From contig NC_043016.1 in NCBI RefSeq assembly GCF_006345805.1, forward strand, positions 30,194,001-30,258,000: 64,000 nucleotides of DNA. Direction: 5' to 3'. The DNA comes from Octopus sinensis. Its lineage: Eukaryota. The number at the start of each line of letters is the position of its first letter. Within the stretch, counting starts at the first letter, position 1. The position numbers and the translations under genes are program-made. The notes beneath the pieces were generated by a model. It searched no databases and had not been told where the DNA came from. It saw only the letters and a list, made by a program, of their open reading frames with translations. This document shows, piece after piece, positions 33,833 to 47,519 of the stretch.

Positions 33833-36310
33833 TCTTCATCATCGTTTAACATCCACTTTCCATGCTAGCATGGGTTGGACGAATGACTGAGGGCCGGCGA
33901 ACCAGATGGCTGCACCAGGATTTAATCTTGATCTGGCAGAGTTTCTACAGCTGGATGCCCTTCCTGATGCCAACCACTCCAAGAGTGTAGTGGGTGCTTT
34001 TACGTGCCACCGGCACAGGGCCAGCTCGAATCTTTTACACATGCCACCAGCACAGGTGCCAGTAAGGCGATGCTGGTAACGATCACGCTCGAATGGTGTC
34101 TTTTACATGCCACCGGCATGGAGGCCAGATAGCCGCTCTGGCAACAATCACACTCGGTTGGTGCTCTTAATACCCTACTAACATGGGGCTCGAGTGCCAG
34201 TAAGGCGATGCGGGTAATGATCACACTCAAAGGGTGCCTTTTAAGTGCCATAGGCACAGGAGCCGGTTAGCCGCTCTGTCAATGATCACACTTGTATGGT
34301 GCTCTTTGCACCCCGCTAGCACGGACGCCAGTCATCGAATTTGATTTGGATTTTGATTTTAATTTTGATTTTTGATTTCGCTTGCCTCAACAGGTGTTTG
34401 CAAGCAGAGTTTTAATGTCCAAAGAAAGAAAAGGTATGCATAAGTGGGCTGGTAATGCCCCTGGTATAGGCCATGAGATTATGGTCTCATTTGGCTTGCT
34501 GGGTCTTCTCACGCATAGTATATTTCCAAAAGTTTTGGTCACTAGTCATTTCCTCAGTGAGGCCCAAAGTTCGAAGGTTGTGCTTCACCACTTCATCCTA
34601 GGGTGTGGCACTTTTTCACACAGCTGTCCTCATCCATTCTTGTCACATGACCATACCAGCGCAGTCGTCTCTCTTGCACACCACATCTGATGCTTCTTAA
34701 GTCCAACATTTCTCTCAAGGTACTTACACTCTGTCGAGTATGCACACTGACATTACACATCCAGCGGATCATACTGGCTTCATTCCTTGCAAGCTTATGC
34801 ATGTCCTCAGCAGTCACAGCCCATGTTTCACTGCCGTGTAGCATGGCTATTCGTACACATGTGTCATACAGTCTACCTTTTACTCTGAGTGAGAGGCCCT
34901 TTGTCACAAGCAGAAGTAAGAGCTCTCTGGAATTTGCCCAAGCTATTCTTATTTTAGCAGTTACACTTTCAGCGCACCCTCCCCAGCTACTGACTTGGTC
35001 ACCTAGGTAATTGAAGCTATCAACTACTTCTAGTTTTCCTCTCTGGAATGTGGCAGAAGTTGTTCTCTGTGCATTTTCAGTGTTTATTGCTCCCAAGCAT
35101 CTGCCACAAGCAAAAACTATCTTCCCCGTTAGCCTTCCTTTGATATTACTGCACCTCTTATGTGTCCATAGCTTACACTGGGTACATCTTATAGAGTTTC
35201 TACCTACGCCTCTTCTACAGATTGAACAGGGCCATCTACCTGAAGGGATTTGTGGTTTGCCTGCTTTCCTACTGATTAGGACTTTGGTTTTATCTAGGTT
35301 GACTCTAAGGCCCTTCAATTCTAATCCTTGTTTCCACAACTGAAACTTCTCTAGTTCTGATAGTGACTCAGCAATTAGAGCAAGGTCATCAGCATAGAGG
35401 AGCTCCCAGGGGCATTCTGTCTTGAATTCCTCCGTTATTGCCTGGAGGACTATGATAAAAAGGAGGGGGCTGAAGACTGAACCTTGGTGAAACCCTACCT
35501 CTACCCTGAATTCTTCAGTGTACTCGTTGCCAACCCTCACCTTACTTACAGCATCCCTGTACATGGCTTGCATAGCTCTCATTAACCATTCACCTATCCC
35601 TAGTTTCCTCATTGACCACCAGATAAAGGATCGGAGGACCCTATCAAAGGCTTTCTCCATGTCAACAAAAGCCAGGTACAGGGGCTTATCTTTGGCTAGG
35701 AATTTCTCCTGCAGCTGTCTTACCAGAAATATGGCATCAGTGGTGCTTTTCCCAGGCACAAAACCAAACTGCATCTCATCCAAGCTGACTCTCTCCCTAA
35801 TCAGTTGGGCTATGACCCTCTCCGTAACATTCATTACAGATTGATACCTCTGTAATTATTTGTATCTAAAGCGTCACCTTTACCTTTGTAGCAGTTGACT
35901 ATTATGCTACTACACCAGTCATTGGGTATGACTCCTTCGTGTATCACCTGGTTAACTATACGGGTGACTAGGCTATAGCCGACACTACCAGATATTTTGA
36001 GTATCTCTGCAGTAATTCTTGATGGGCTTGGGGATTTCCCTGTCTTCATGCTTCTAATTGCCTTAATTACCAAGGAACTGTCAACTCGGATAGCTGGTCC
36101 CTCTGTTGGGTTGACATTCGGCAGACTCTCTTTCTCCCATTCATTTTCTTTATTCAGCAACCTTTCATAGGGGAGTCTCCAAACCTCTCTCTTTGCATCC
36201 TCATTTAGCGCAAGTGAGCCATCATCCATGCGAACACATTTCTCTCCTACCACATCACGATTCTCTCTCACATACTGTCTTGCAACATGAAATACCTCAA
36301 GTCTTTCGTC
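33831..36310 (-). mobile_element. 5'-truncated RTE-clade LINE (RT domain, PHD-like finger, 3' UTR, (GAT)n tail), inactive
   Basis: ORFs 35834-36271 and 34593-35834 contain QFGFVPGKSTTDAIF, AFVDMEKAFDRV, GFHQGSVFSPLLF, LLYADD and RLRWYGHV. The 3' UTR has internal tandem repeats and ends in the (CAT)n tail at about 33831. Frameshifts and a C-terminal deletion are present. Confidence 0.93.
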
Positions 36311-36424
36311 AGATAGATACCGGAGCCTGGTGCAGCCTTCTGGCTTCCCAGATCCCCGGTCGAACCGTCCAACCCGTGCTAGCGCGGAAAGCGGACGTTA
36401 AACGATGATGATGATGATGATGAT
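36311..36424 (+). mobile_element. RTE 3'-tail element (subfamily B), head-to-head with the RTE LINE
   Basis: Begins directly at the LINE truncation point; (GAT)n tail. Confidence 0.85.
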
Positions 36425-36956
36425 ATATACCCACACAAACACACTAATTCTTCATCATATCACAGTTTATTATTGAAGCTTATATTGATATCACCACAGG
36501 GATATCAATAAATATATACAAATATAGACAAATTATAAAAATAATTTTAAAAAATATACAGTACAGTACTGTTTCTACTTTATGGATTTTCGCCTATCAT
36601 GGGGTGTTTTGGAACATGACACCCTCAGTAGTCGAGGGGTTATTGTATATAAAATTTAATTAGAGGTTGTGTTAACCTCATGAAGGGATAGATTCATCCA
36701 AGGAAATACTGGTTCAATACATGTATGTTGGGGCAATTAATTTCCTTAAAATAATAGGTATATATAAAATATATAGTATATATTCATTTAAAAGAAGAAG
36801 GAAATTGAGATTGGGATGTTAATAATGGTTTATTATCAACAGCAAATTGTTCTTCATTTACAGCCATTTCTATTAATACTCAGTAAACATTAAATTTACA
36901 TAAAATTTACATTTATACAAATATCATCAGAGGAAAAAAGTTTTTTTTATTAAATA

Positions 36957-37473
36957 CTAGCAGTATCGCCCGGCGTTGCTCGGATTTGTAAGGGAAATAA
37001 CTATATAAGCATTTTTAGAGAGTTACTTCCTTTATAGATGCCAATTCGGGCTTTCTTAGCCATTTCTGTTTTGGTGTCTTCAAGCCATGAAGTCGTTGTT
37101 CTAAAAGAACGCTGGTCTCCTTGACAACGCTTTACGACGTTGATTTCCTTATACTCCCTTCCCCACAGCTTCACGAGGGAGGGAAGAAGGGGGAGAAGCA
37201 AACACAGGTGCAGGTGTTTGAGCGTGGACGCCAACTCCGCCGCCATCGACACACGAAAAATTATGCATTAAAATGGAATAAAAAATGATGTTAAATTATT
37301 TTTAAAATCGTAGACTCATCGTCGATACGCGCTAATACTCAGACGAGCTTGATATAAATCACGACTATAAGATACCCGAATTTGGTTAAACTGCACCGCA
37401 AAATGTGGGAGGAGTTAGGAATCTAAATCGAAGGGGACAGACACTCACACAACTACAGTTTTATATATATAGA
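36957..37473 (-). mobile_element. Non-autonomous Helitron, same family, with an extra GC-rich internal segment of about 240 bp
   Basis: Same termini and hairpin as 31462-31858. 37016-37255 has no counterpart in the other copy. Confidence 0.8.
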
Positions 37474-37712
37474 TAAGCTTACCTTATTTGTATTTAACTT
37501 TCCACTATTATCTCTATTTACTCTACTTACCTTTAATCAGCCTGTAAACACCTTGCTCAATATTATGCTCATGTCACATAAATGTAACTTTAATGTTTAT
37601 TAATGAATATTAATGGAAATGGCTGTAAATGGAGATGACCAATTTGTTGTTAATTATACAATTATTAACTTCCCAATCTCCATTTTCTTCTTCTTATAAA
37701 TGAATATGAAAC

Positions 37713-37766
<54 letters not shown>

Positions 37767-37954
37767 TATAGGTGCAGGCATGACTGTGTGATAAGAAGCT
37801 TTCTTCCAAATGCATGGTTCTGGGTTCAGTCCCAGTGTGTGGTACTTTGGGCAAGTGTTGTCTACTTTAGCTTTGGACCAACCAAAGTCTTGTGGGTGTA
37901 TTTGTTGATGGAAACTGAAAGAAGCCCATTATATATATATATATATATACATAA

Positions 37955-37988
<34 letters not shown>

Positions 37989-38119
37989 ATGTATATCCTT
38001 TCTACTATAGGCACAAGGTCAGAAATTTTGGGGAAGGGAGCCAGTTGATTAGATCGACTCCAGTATGCAACTGGTACTTAATTTATCGACCCAGGAAGGA
38101 TGAAAGGCAAAGTATATAT

Positions 38120-38168
<49 letters not shown>

Positions 38169-38479
38169 TTATGTGTGTTTCTTTGTGTCTGTGTTTGTCC
38201 CCTTCCCGCCATCACTTGACATCCGATGTTGGTGTGTTTATATCTAACTTGGTGGTTCGGCAGAAGAGACCGACAGAATAAGCACCCGGCTTACAAAAAA
38301 TAAGTCCAAGGGTCGATTTCTTCACTTAAAAGGCAGTGTTTCAGCATGGCCTCAGTCAAATGACTGAAACAAGTAAAAGAATAAAAGAATATTGGTGTAT
38401 ATATGTATATATATATTTATACATACATGTACACACATACACAAACACACAAGCTTTCATTGATGCATATGAAGCTCTG

Positions 38480-40050
38480 CCATTTCATTATGCAAGTTAA
38501 TGGCCCAAGAATTCTGCACCAGTTCCTTCTTGTTTTCCAAAGAAGGCTCTACTCTACTTACTAAACTAAATCAACAGAAATTACAGGTCATTAGATTCAT
38601 AATTTTTCTGAACCTAAACCATGAGCTGGCTGTTGATGATTTCATAATTGGCACTGTTTGACAAAGATCTGTCATCTTAACAGATGAGTAAGAAACAACA
38701 ATGGGTAAGTTGAATCGTGTTAAAGTACCTGACAAAGATGGAATTTGCAGTGAGGTCTTGCACTTTGGTAGCAGACTAGTTGTATGACAGAGAATCTCCA
38801 TAAGCTTATCAGAGTAGTCTGAAGAGTTGGTGTGGTTTCCAAGGCCCAAAAGGATGCAATTATCTTTCCTCACTATAAAAGAGAGGGAGTCAGAATAAAA
38901 TATGACAACCATTGTGGCATTGCTCTACTGTCAGCTTCTGGCATGTGTTCTTATCAGTCTGAATAAATAGCTTGTAAATGATGTCTTATCTGAATCCCAA
39001 TGTGGCTTCCATTCAAACTTAGAATTGACTGTTCTATAAAAATATATTAGAAACATTTGGGTAAAATATTAAGTGGGGTATGTATGGTATGTCTAGATAT
39101 GATCATGGTGGCAAGAGAGTGTTGTATAATGAAGAAGTGTAGTAGGGGTGCTAGACTGTACAGTGTATGCAACTGAGGTCTTCTCTGGTATTTATTTCAG
39201 GTGAAAGGTCCCTTATGATAATGGCTTCCTTAATCCTCAAGTTGCCGATGTTACTGCTGGCAGCTAATATAGATGTTGTTATTTCCCCTTGTGTGACATC
39301 TTTCTTGATCATTTGTTCTCAACTCGGATCTACGTGGCTCTTGGGATTCCACATAGGATTTAGTTGTTAAAATTTATCTGCAATAAATTGTTTATACTTC
39401 TACAACACACAAAGTAATTTAAACACTTTTTCACACAATTCCTAATATCTAATCAAAAAATCATAATAGGGGTTTTTAGACATCAAATAGCTATAAGCAA
39501 AACTCCTACCAAGTAAAATAGCAATCAAAGTATTAAAAAAACGGTTGAGAACTATTGGTCTAGATGTTTTTTTTTACTGGAGGGGCATAAGCGTACATGT
39601 GTTCCTTGATCTGGATGTAAATTATTTTGTTCTTCCTCCTTCTATTTGATCCTTTTCTCCCTGTATTTGTTTAATTGTAACCAACTTTTATGTGATTGCT
39701 TTTAAATGGATGTAGTCGTTTTTTTTTACTGGAGGGGCATAAGCGTACATGTGTTCCTTGATCTGGATGTAAATTATTTTGTTCTTCCTCCTTCTATTTG
39801 ATCCTTTTCTCCCTGTATTTGTTTAATTGTAACCAACTTTTATGTGATTGCTTTTAAATGGATGTAGTCATGAAAGGCAGATGTTAAAAGATGATGATGT
39901 AGTGAGCTGTTGGCAAAATTCAAAGACAAAGCTGTCAGCTTATTGTGTCTATTGTTGAATCCTGATGAATTAACTTTATCATTGACTTTTAAAGAAGATC
40001 TCCACAGCACATGGAAATGGCACTATGCTAGACTGACTTTTTGGAGTTAA
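38480..40050 (-). mobile_element. Highly degraded LINE remnant
   Basis: Faint APE-like (MYAYAPP) and RT-like (LLPKCKTSLQIP) peptides. Boundaries uncertain. Confidence 0.35.
39566..39869. repeat. Perfect 152-bp tandem duplication
   Basis: 39566-39717 equals 39718-39869, including the T9 run. Confidence 0.93.
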
Positions 40051-41804
40051 CAAAACATGTGTAAACCAAACAATAAACATAGTTAGCTAATTCTGCTCTT
40101 TGATGTTCTTTTGGTAGGCATGCCTTAGTAGTAAGAAGCTTGTTTTCCAACCACATGGGTCTGGGTTCAGTACCACTGCACGACACCTTGGGCAAGTATC
40201 TACTACTATAGACACGGACTGATCAAAGCCTTATGAATGGATTTGGCAGACAGAAACAACTGAAAGAAGCCTGTTGTGTGTGTGTGTGTCTTTCTTTGTC
40301 CCCTGTCACCACTTGACAACTAGTATTGGTGTGTTTACATCTCCATAACTTAACAGTTCAGTGAAAGAAACTGATATAATAAGTATAGGCTTAGAAAATG
40401 TAAGCACCGAAGCCAATTCATTTAACTAAACACCTTCGAGGTGGTGGTGCCCCCAGCATGGCCACCATCGTATGAAAGAAACAAGATACATGTCAAAGCA
40501 AACAAACACATCGAAGAAAAAGAAAGGGAAAAATGTATCTCTAGCTAAAACACAAAGACAGCATCTCAAGCACAGTTTTAATTGCATGGATTAAAAAAAT
40601 ATCTACGACTCATTTTTCCCTTTCTTCTCTGTCCAGCTATCTGTCTCTTTTGCTGGACCTAATTACTGACATGAAATTGCGTGTGTGTGTGTAGTTGTGT
40701 AACCAAGCACCAAATGCCCAAAGTGAATGATACTTGTGGAAGAGAGAGACTGAGGAACACTTAGAATGATACACTGAGTACTGCAGAAAACCTGACCTAC
40801 CACACAAGCTTAGTGCTTGCATCCATCCCTTGTCTGCTGTTTTGTGCATGCCACCCCCCCCAGCACCACCACCACCACCAACCATTTTATTCTATACCCT
40901 CACCTCTCCCTATCCACTATGTCTTCTAATCCTCTCATCTTCCCATCATCTTTTCATCTCACCATGCTATGTCACCCACAATTGAAAAAAAATATGGAAT
41001 AAATACCTATCTACCTCATACCTACACTTCCTCTCGAATCAAGATTCTTGAGTAAAGAGGGATCGCACTCTCACATCCTTTACTCATCTGTTCTGATTCT
41101 CTGTTACTAAACTCTCTGGAACACATTACCTTGAGGATACACTATGCACCCTTATCATCATCTTATCTCTCCTCCAGTTCCTGTACATAAGAAGACCTGT
41201 CCTCCACAGCAGAAATATTAATGACACACCCATTCCTGAAAAGGATTGGCCTACAAAAGTCTTGTGCCAGTGTCACATATAATGTGGGGTAGCAATGCAT
41301 CATCCCTTACTCAACCTTCCCACCATCCTATCACTAACTCTCTCCCTCACAACTGCCCCCACACCCATCACATCACTACTGTCTACTCCTTTCCCTCTGA
41401 TTACCCTCATTCTCTAACACTGCCTCTGTTACTCTTTTCCCTCTTCATCATCATCATCATTTATCATTTGTGTTCCATGCTGGCATGGGTTGGACGGTTT
41501 GACAGGAGCTTGTCAGCTGAAGAACTGCCTGGGCTCCATGAATGTTTTGGCATGGTTTCAATGGCTGGATTCCCTTCATAACACCAACCACTTTATGGTG
41601 TATACTGGGTGCTTTTATGCAGCACCGGAATGGGTACATTCACATGGCACCAGTATAGGTGCTTTTTACACGGCAGCAGCACCCATGAACTCACAAGATT
41701 AGGGATGCACTCTTAACAATAAACCTGTGTAACTACAATAACAATTATCTTGGACCCTGTTGAACCATTCAAACCTTGCTAGTATGGCAGATGAACCAGA
41801 AGGC

Positions 41805-42033
41805 AGCAAGCTGGCAGAAACGTTAGCACGCCGGGTGAAATGCTTATCGGTATTTTGTCTGCCGCTACGTGTCGAGTTCAAATTCCACCGAGATCGACTT
41901 TACCTTTCATCCTTTCGGGGTCGATTAAATAAATATCAGTTACACACTGGGGTCGATGTAATTGACTTAATCCGTTTGTCTGTCCTTGTTTGTCCCCTCT
42001 GTGTATAGCCCCTTGTGGACAATATAGAAATAA
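41805..42033 (+). mobile_element. SINE family 2 copy with Tx1-like tail
   Basis: Same head, core and tail as 9022-9323. Confidence 0.85.
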
Positions 42034-42860
42034 GATGGACAGACCTACCTCACACACTGGGGTCCACCTATTCAACACACTGCACTACCATTACCATCTT
42101 GTCACACACCCACACCCACTGTCTTTTACACTAATTCCTGACATTATTCTCCACCTTCTCCTCTCCTGTCTCCATTACTCCCACCCTAAAACTATCCCCT
42201 TTGTCATTTATCTCCATTAGCATCCTCTCACAATAAATCTGCTCCTTTCCATCATGAGGCCTTCTTTCAGTTTGCAAGGTGACCCCTCCACCAGTGCTGG
42301 TGCTAAAAGCAGCAAAGCACACAGTACAATCTGTAAGCAACTGGTGATTGATTCAAGCAGTGACAAAGGGTTCCTTAGTTTTGCTGAGAGTAAGATAACT
42401 ACTGTAGTGCTGGTGCCAAGGAAGAATGCATGATATCACTTGATAAGGTGGTTGGTGTCAGGAAGAGTATCCAGCCATAGAAACCATAGTGAAAACGAGA
42501 TATTGGTGCAAAGCATGATTCTCTGATTTCATTGAATTCTATTGAAACATCATGTTCATGGCAGATTAGAAAACAAATATAAAATAATGATGATGATGTT
42601 ATTATTATTATGATGATTAAAGCGGTGAGCTGGCAGAATTGTTAGAACGTCAGGCAAAATACCTTGCAGCGTTTCATCCATCTTTCCATTCTGAGTTCAA
42701 ATTCTGCATAGGTCAACTTTACCTTTAATCCTTTTGAGGTTGATAAAATAAGTACTGGTTGAATACTAAGGTCGATGTAATCAACTCATCTCCTCCCCTA
42801 AAGTTGCAGCCTGGATACACCTGTGCAAAAGCACAAGGAAGCCACCCCACCACCAACAGT

Positions 42861-43990
42861 AAGTAGAGCCTTTTTCTCCTTTTTTTTTTTTTTGTCACCT
42901 TTTGAAACATGGCAAAATTAGAATCAGCTGCCTGAATGTGAGAGGCCTCGGGTCACCTGTTAAACGACCTGAGGTTTCACAGTGTGGATGTAGCAGCCAT
43001 TAGTGAAACCAGGCTCTCCAACCCGCAGGAACTCGCAGCCCTTTTCGGCGGATACGAGATCTTTCTATCTCCGTGTCAGCCGGGAGCAGGCGGTGGTGGT
43101 ACTGTGGTGTTGTTTTGGAAGGGCCTGGACTTGAAAATAAGGACAGTCTTCCTGGATCCAGAAGGTAAGTTGGTGGTCCTCAACGTAGACAGTAGTGACA
43201 GCGGTACTTTCAGACTGCTGGGTGCCTACGCTCCGAGAGGAGCAGGGCAGTTGGATTATTTCAAATGTCTGGAAGTTTTCCTGGGAATGTCATGCACTCT
43301 AGTGCAGTTGGGGATTGGAATGCTGTCTTAGACGAACGTTTCAATCGGGTGGGCAGGGGAGCATCTGATAGGAGGCAGGGTGCAAGAGCCTTGCCAACCT
43401 ACTTTCAGCTGTCCAACAGGTTTTGACTAGACAAACCGAATGTGCCAATGTGGACTTGGACCAATCGCATTGGGTCGTCTAGATTGTACTTAGATAGAGT
43501 GTTTTGTAGGCCAGCGGATAAGGACAGCATAGGGTGTCCACTATTCCACCTAGTCGACTATACGGACCACAAATTCGTGATCTGTTCGGTCAACTTGGAT
43601 CAACAGGATCCCGGCTACTGGAAGCTGAACGCATCGTTAACGGCGTGCAAAGCTTACAGAGTCCGGATTAGTTTACTAGTTAAGCGGGCACTCACGGGGG
43701 CAATCATCAACAACAACTGGTGGTTTGCTCTCAAGACAACAATTAGAGTAGAGTCGATTAGGTTTAGTAAGGCTCTAGCTATTGAACGTAAGAAGAGAGC
43801 GGGATTTAGTTAAGAAACTAGATGAGGCGCAGGAGTGGTTGTGTGGTAAGTTTCTTGCTTACCAACAACATGGTTCCGGGTTCAGTCCCACTGCATGGCA
43901 TGTTGGGCAAGTGTCTTCTACTATAGTCTCAGGCCAACCAAAGCCTTGTAAGTGGATTTGGTAGACGGAAACTGAAAGAAGACCGTTGTA

Positions 43991-44077
<87 letters not shown>

Positions 44078-46970
44078 TTGTGTGTCTTTGTTGTCCCCCT
44101 AGCATTGCTTGACAACCGATGCTGGTGTGTTACGTCGCCGTCACTTAGCAGTTCGGCAAAAGAGACCGATAGAATAAGTACTGGGCTTACAAAGAATAAG
44201 TCCTGGTGTCGATTTGCTCGACCAAAGGCGGTACTCCAGCATGGACGCAGTCAAATGACTGAAACAAGTAAAAGAATAAAAGAGTAAAGAGAGGCTCTTG
44301 AGACTGGCATCGCGACCGACGTGTTGGCGGCAAGCTTGGCCCTTGACCAACACTTTGATGCCAAACATGAAGGCTGCGTTGTCAGAGCTAAGGCACATTC
44401 GCTAAGCAGGGAGGGGACTGAGGCTGTTTGATGGGCCCGCGTGGCGGAGGCGAAGAGAGGCAACAAAGCGACCATTCGGTCTTTGGTGGACCAGAACGGG
44501 CGCGAGGTTACCAAACCGAAGCAGATGTGTGCGGTGTTTCAGCGGCACTTTGCTCAACTGTTTGGGACGAGTGGTGGAACGGACAATGGTACAGACTTTG
44601 GTGTGTACCTGGACGGCCTACCACAACTCTCGGACAGCAAGGCAGAGTGCTGTGAAGGACTGATATCTGCCTGGGAAGAGGTAGATCGCCGGGTTTGGAT
44701 GGTCTGCCCTACGAGCTTTACACTTCAATGCCAGACTTGTTTGCGGGTCTGTTGGCAAACGTCTACTGCAACTGGCAGCAAAACGGGAGAATTCCTGCTT
44801 TTGTCTGTCGAGGGGTGGTGGCTTTGCTGAGAAAGGACCCAAACAAGGGGGACGTTATAGGGAATTTTCGGCCCATCACTCTGCTCAATGCAGAGTTGAA
44901 GATTTTGGCCAAGGTGCTAGCCAAGAGATTGGCACTTATCGTGGACAAGCTGGTTGGCAAGTCGCAGACATGCGTCGTGCCGACCAGGTCGATACACGAC
45001 AATCTCCATCTCATGCGCTACATCATAGAGAGGGTGGGTAATGACACTGGCGCGGGTGGGGCTTTGATCAATTTAGATCAGAGTAAAGCCTTCAATAGGG
45101 TCGACCATCGGTACCTGGCAGCTGTTCTCAAGGCAGCTGGTTTTGGTCCTGACTTCCGCAGGTGGATTGCTGCTTTATACAGCAACATCTGCTCGGTGAT
45201 ACGAGTGAACGGTCACCTTTTGGAACCATTTGACATCTCGCGTTCAGTCCACCAAGGATGCCCTCTCTCCTCCCTCTTGTACATATTGACTCTCAAGCCA
45301 TTACTGCGCAAGTTGGAGGCTTTGAGGGGTATCCCGCATGATTTAGGAGATGGAAACAGTGTGTCTGCCTATGTCGGTGACGTCACTGTGATAGTGTCGA
45401 GTCACAGGCACATTGACCTGATTGGCGAGACGCTAAACGAGTACAAAGCGGTGACAGGGGAAAAGATTAATGCGGAAAAGTCTGTGGGCTTGCAACTGGG
45501 TACCTGGAGAGGCAAGCCCATGCCGTCCAACAGCGTCGTAGGGCGCTGGACAGACGGACCCATTAAACTGCTCGGGCTCTGGTTTGATCCGGACCTCCAG
45601 GTGGATAAAAACTGGGAAGAGGCACATCTCACCCAGAAATGGGCCGAGAGGAAGCTGTCCCTGAAAGGTCGAGCAGAGGTGGTGAATGCATACATCACAT
45701 CTGTCATCTATTACCACTTGACCATCGTCCCTTGTCCCAACCGCTGTTTGGCCAAGCTGGTACGCTTGCTCTTCAACTTTCTGTTGAAGTGTTGGGTGCC
45801 ACTGGTCAGGCAATCCATCTGCTGTCAACGACCGCTGAACGGAGGCCTTGGCATGCCGTGGTTGCTGATGCACAGACATGCGCTCAGGCTGCGGCATCTC
45901 AAGGTTTTCCTAGACGGTGAACAGGTGTGGTCATCGTTTGTCAGACACGACTTTCCGCAGCTTGTCTCTTTGACAGAGCTGCAAACCTGGATCAAACGTA
46001 GACCAAGAAAGGGCACTTGGCATCTCGAGTGCCGTCAAGCTCTCTCTGCCCTCCTCAAGTGGGCAATGTGATCGGTTTCACTTCCACTCTAGCGTTCTAT
46101 AGAGGGTTAGTGGAGGAAAAATGCGACGATGTTCTCGGGAAAACTCTAGGCATTGATGATAACGAACTGAGCAGTCTGTTTGGAAGAACTTTTGGGCCGG
46201 GGCCAATGGATAATTTCCAAAGGTCCCTCACCTGGCAGTGCTACCGAGGAGCTCTACCTGTTCAAGATAAACTCTACCGGCACGGAAGTGCCATCAGCCA
46301 GGCCTGCCCAAGGTGTTGCCAGGATGACGAAGCCGTTCTGCATGCACTCATCCAGTGCCTGAGTATTGCTGAACTATGGGTTTATGTCGAACAGCTACTG
46401 TCGCGTATAGGACGGATCCGGCTATCAGCTGAATCCATAGTGAAGATTGCCCCACCGACCTCCTTTAACAAGGAGGGCAAGACCGTTTTCCTGTGCCTAG
46501 TGTGCGAAAGAGGTTGTATGTTGGACCCGTTTGAAAGGGCTAAAGTCAGACACTTTCCTCTTTGGTCAAGGCCTCATCAACTTTTTCAAGTTTCACTTGA
46601 AAAGGAAGATGAGGTGAGAGAGGAGAGTGCTGTCTGAGAGCAAGTTTTCTGAAAGGTGGGTGAATTGTGCAAGAATGGCCAGTATAAATGGACCAATTCT
46701 GAGGTTTCGCCTGTAATTGAAAAAGGTATTATAAAAGGAGAAAGGGGCTCTTATGGCTTTTATGGCTTTTATGGGTTTTTCCACGTGAGACCTTTTCTTT
46801 TTTTCGAAGCATCTCCTCTATTGGGTGTTTTGTAAATTGTTGAATTTTTTGTTGTTATAAAGCTTGTTTACACGGACTTTTTTCTTTCGAAAAATGGACA
46901 AAACCTTTTGTAACCTTTCATCCTGTTTTGTCCCTTTATGTTTGTCAGCCCGTGTGGCCAATAAAAGAAT
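42861..46970 (+). mobile_element. Tx1/L1-clade non-LTR retrotransposon (APE-RT-CCHC), degraded, interrupted by a SINE
   Basis: Motifs ISCLNVRGL, AAISET, LGAYAP, LYLDRVF, DHKFV, GYWKLN; RT motifs DGLPYELY, NFRPITLLNAELKILAKVLA, LDQSKAFNRVDH, HQGCPLS, and YVGD (decayed YADD); C-terminal CPRC..H..C. 3' UTR ends ...ggccaataaaagaat. Confidence 0.9.
43829..44290 (+). mobile_element. SINE family 1 copy nested in the Tx1-like LINE
   Basis: Interrupts KLDE|ALETG; GAGGC is present on both sides (43824-43828 and 44291-44295). Confidence 0.9.
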
Positions 46971-47519
46971 TAATTATTATTATGATTAAAGCAGTGAGCT
47001 GGCAGAATTGTTAGCATGCCAGGTAAAAAATGCTTTGCAGTATTTCATCTATCTTTACGTTCTAAGTTCAAATTCTGCTGAGATCAACTTTGCCTTTCAA
47101 CCTTTTGGGGTCAATAAATTAAGTACCAGTGAAACACTGGGGGTTAATGTAATTGACTTACCCCTCCAAAATTTCAGATCTTGTTCCTATAATAGAAAGG
47201 ATTATTATTATTATTGTTATTAAGGTGGTGAGTTGGCAGAATCATTAGCATGTGGTACCAAATGCTTAGCAGTATTTTGTCTTCTTTACAACCTGAGTTC
47301 AATTTCCACCGAGTTTGACTTTGCCTTTCATCTTGGGGTTGATGTAATCGACTTACCCTCTCTCCCAAAATTGCTGGCCTTGAACTAAAATTTGAAATCA
47401 TCATTATTATTATGGCTGGGTTTCACCTCAGGTCACAGCAACAAAGTCTACCTGCCACGCTTCTTGGTCCATCATCACTGCCCTCAAAGTCCTGGATACA
47501 TTTCAGGCCAGTGTCTGCA

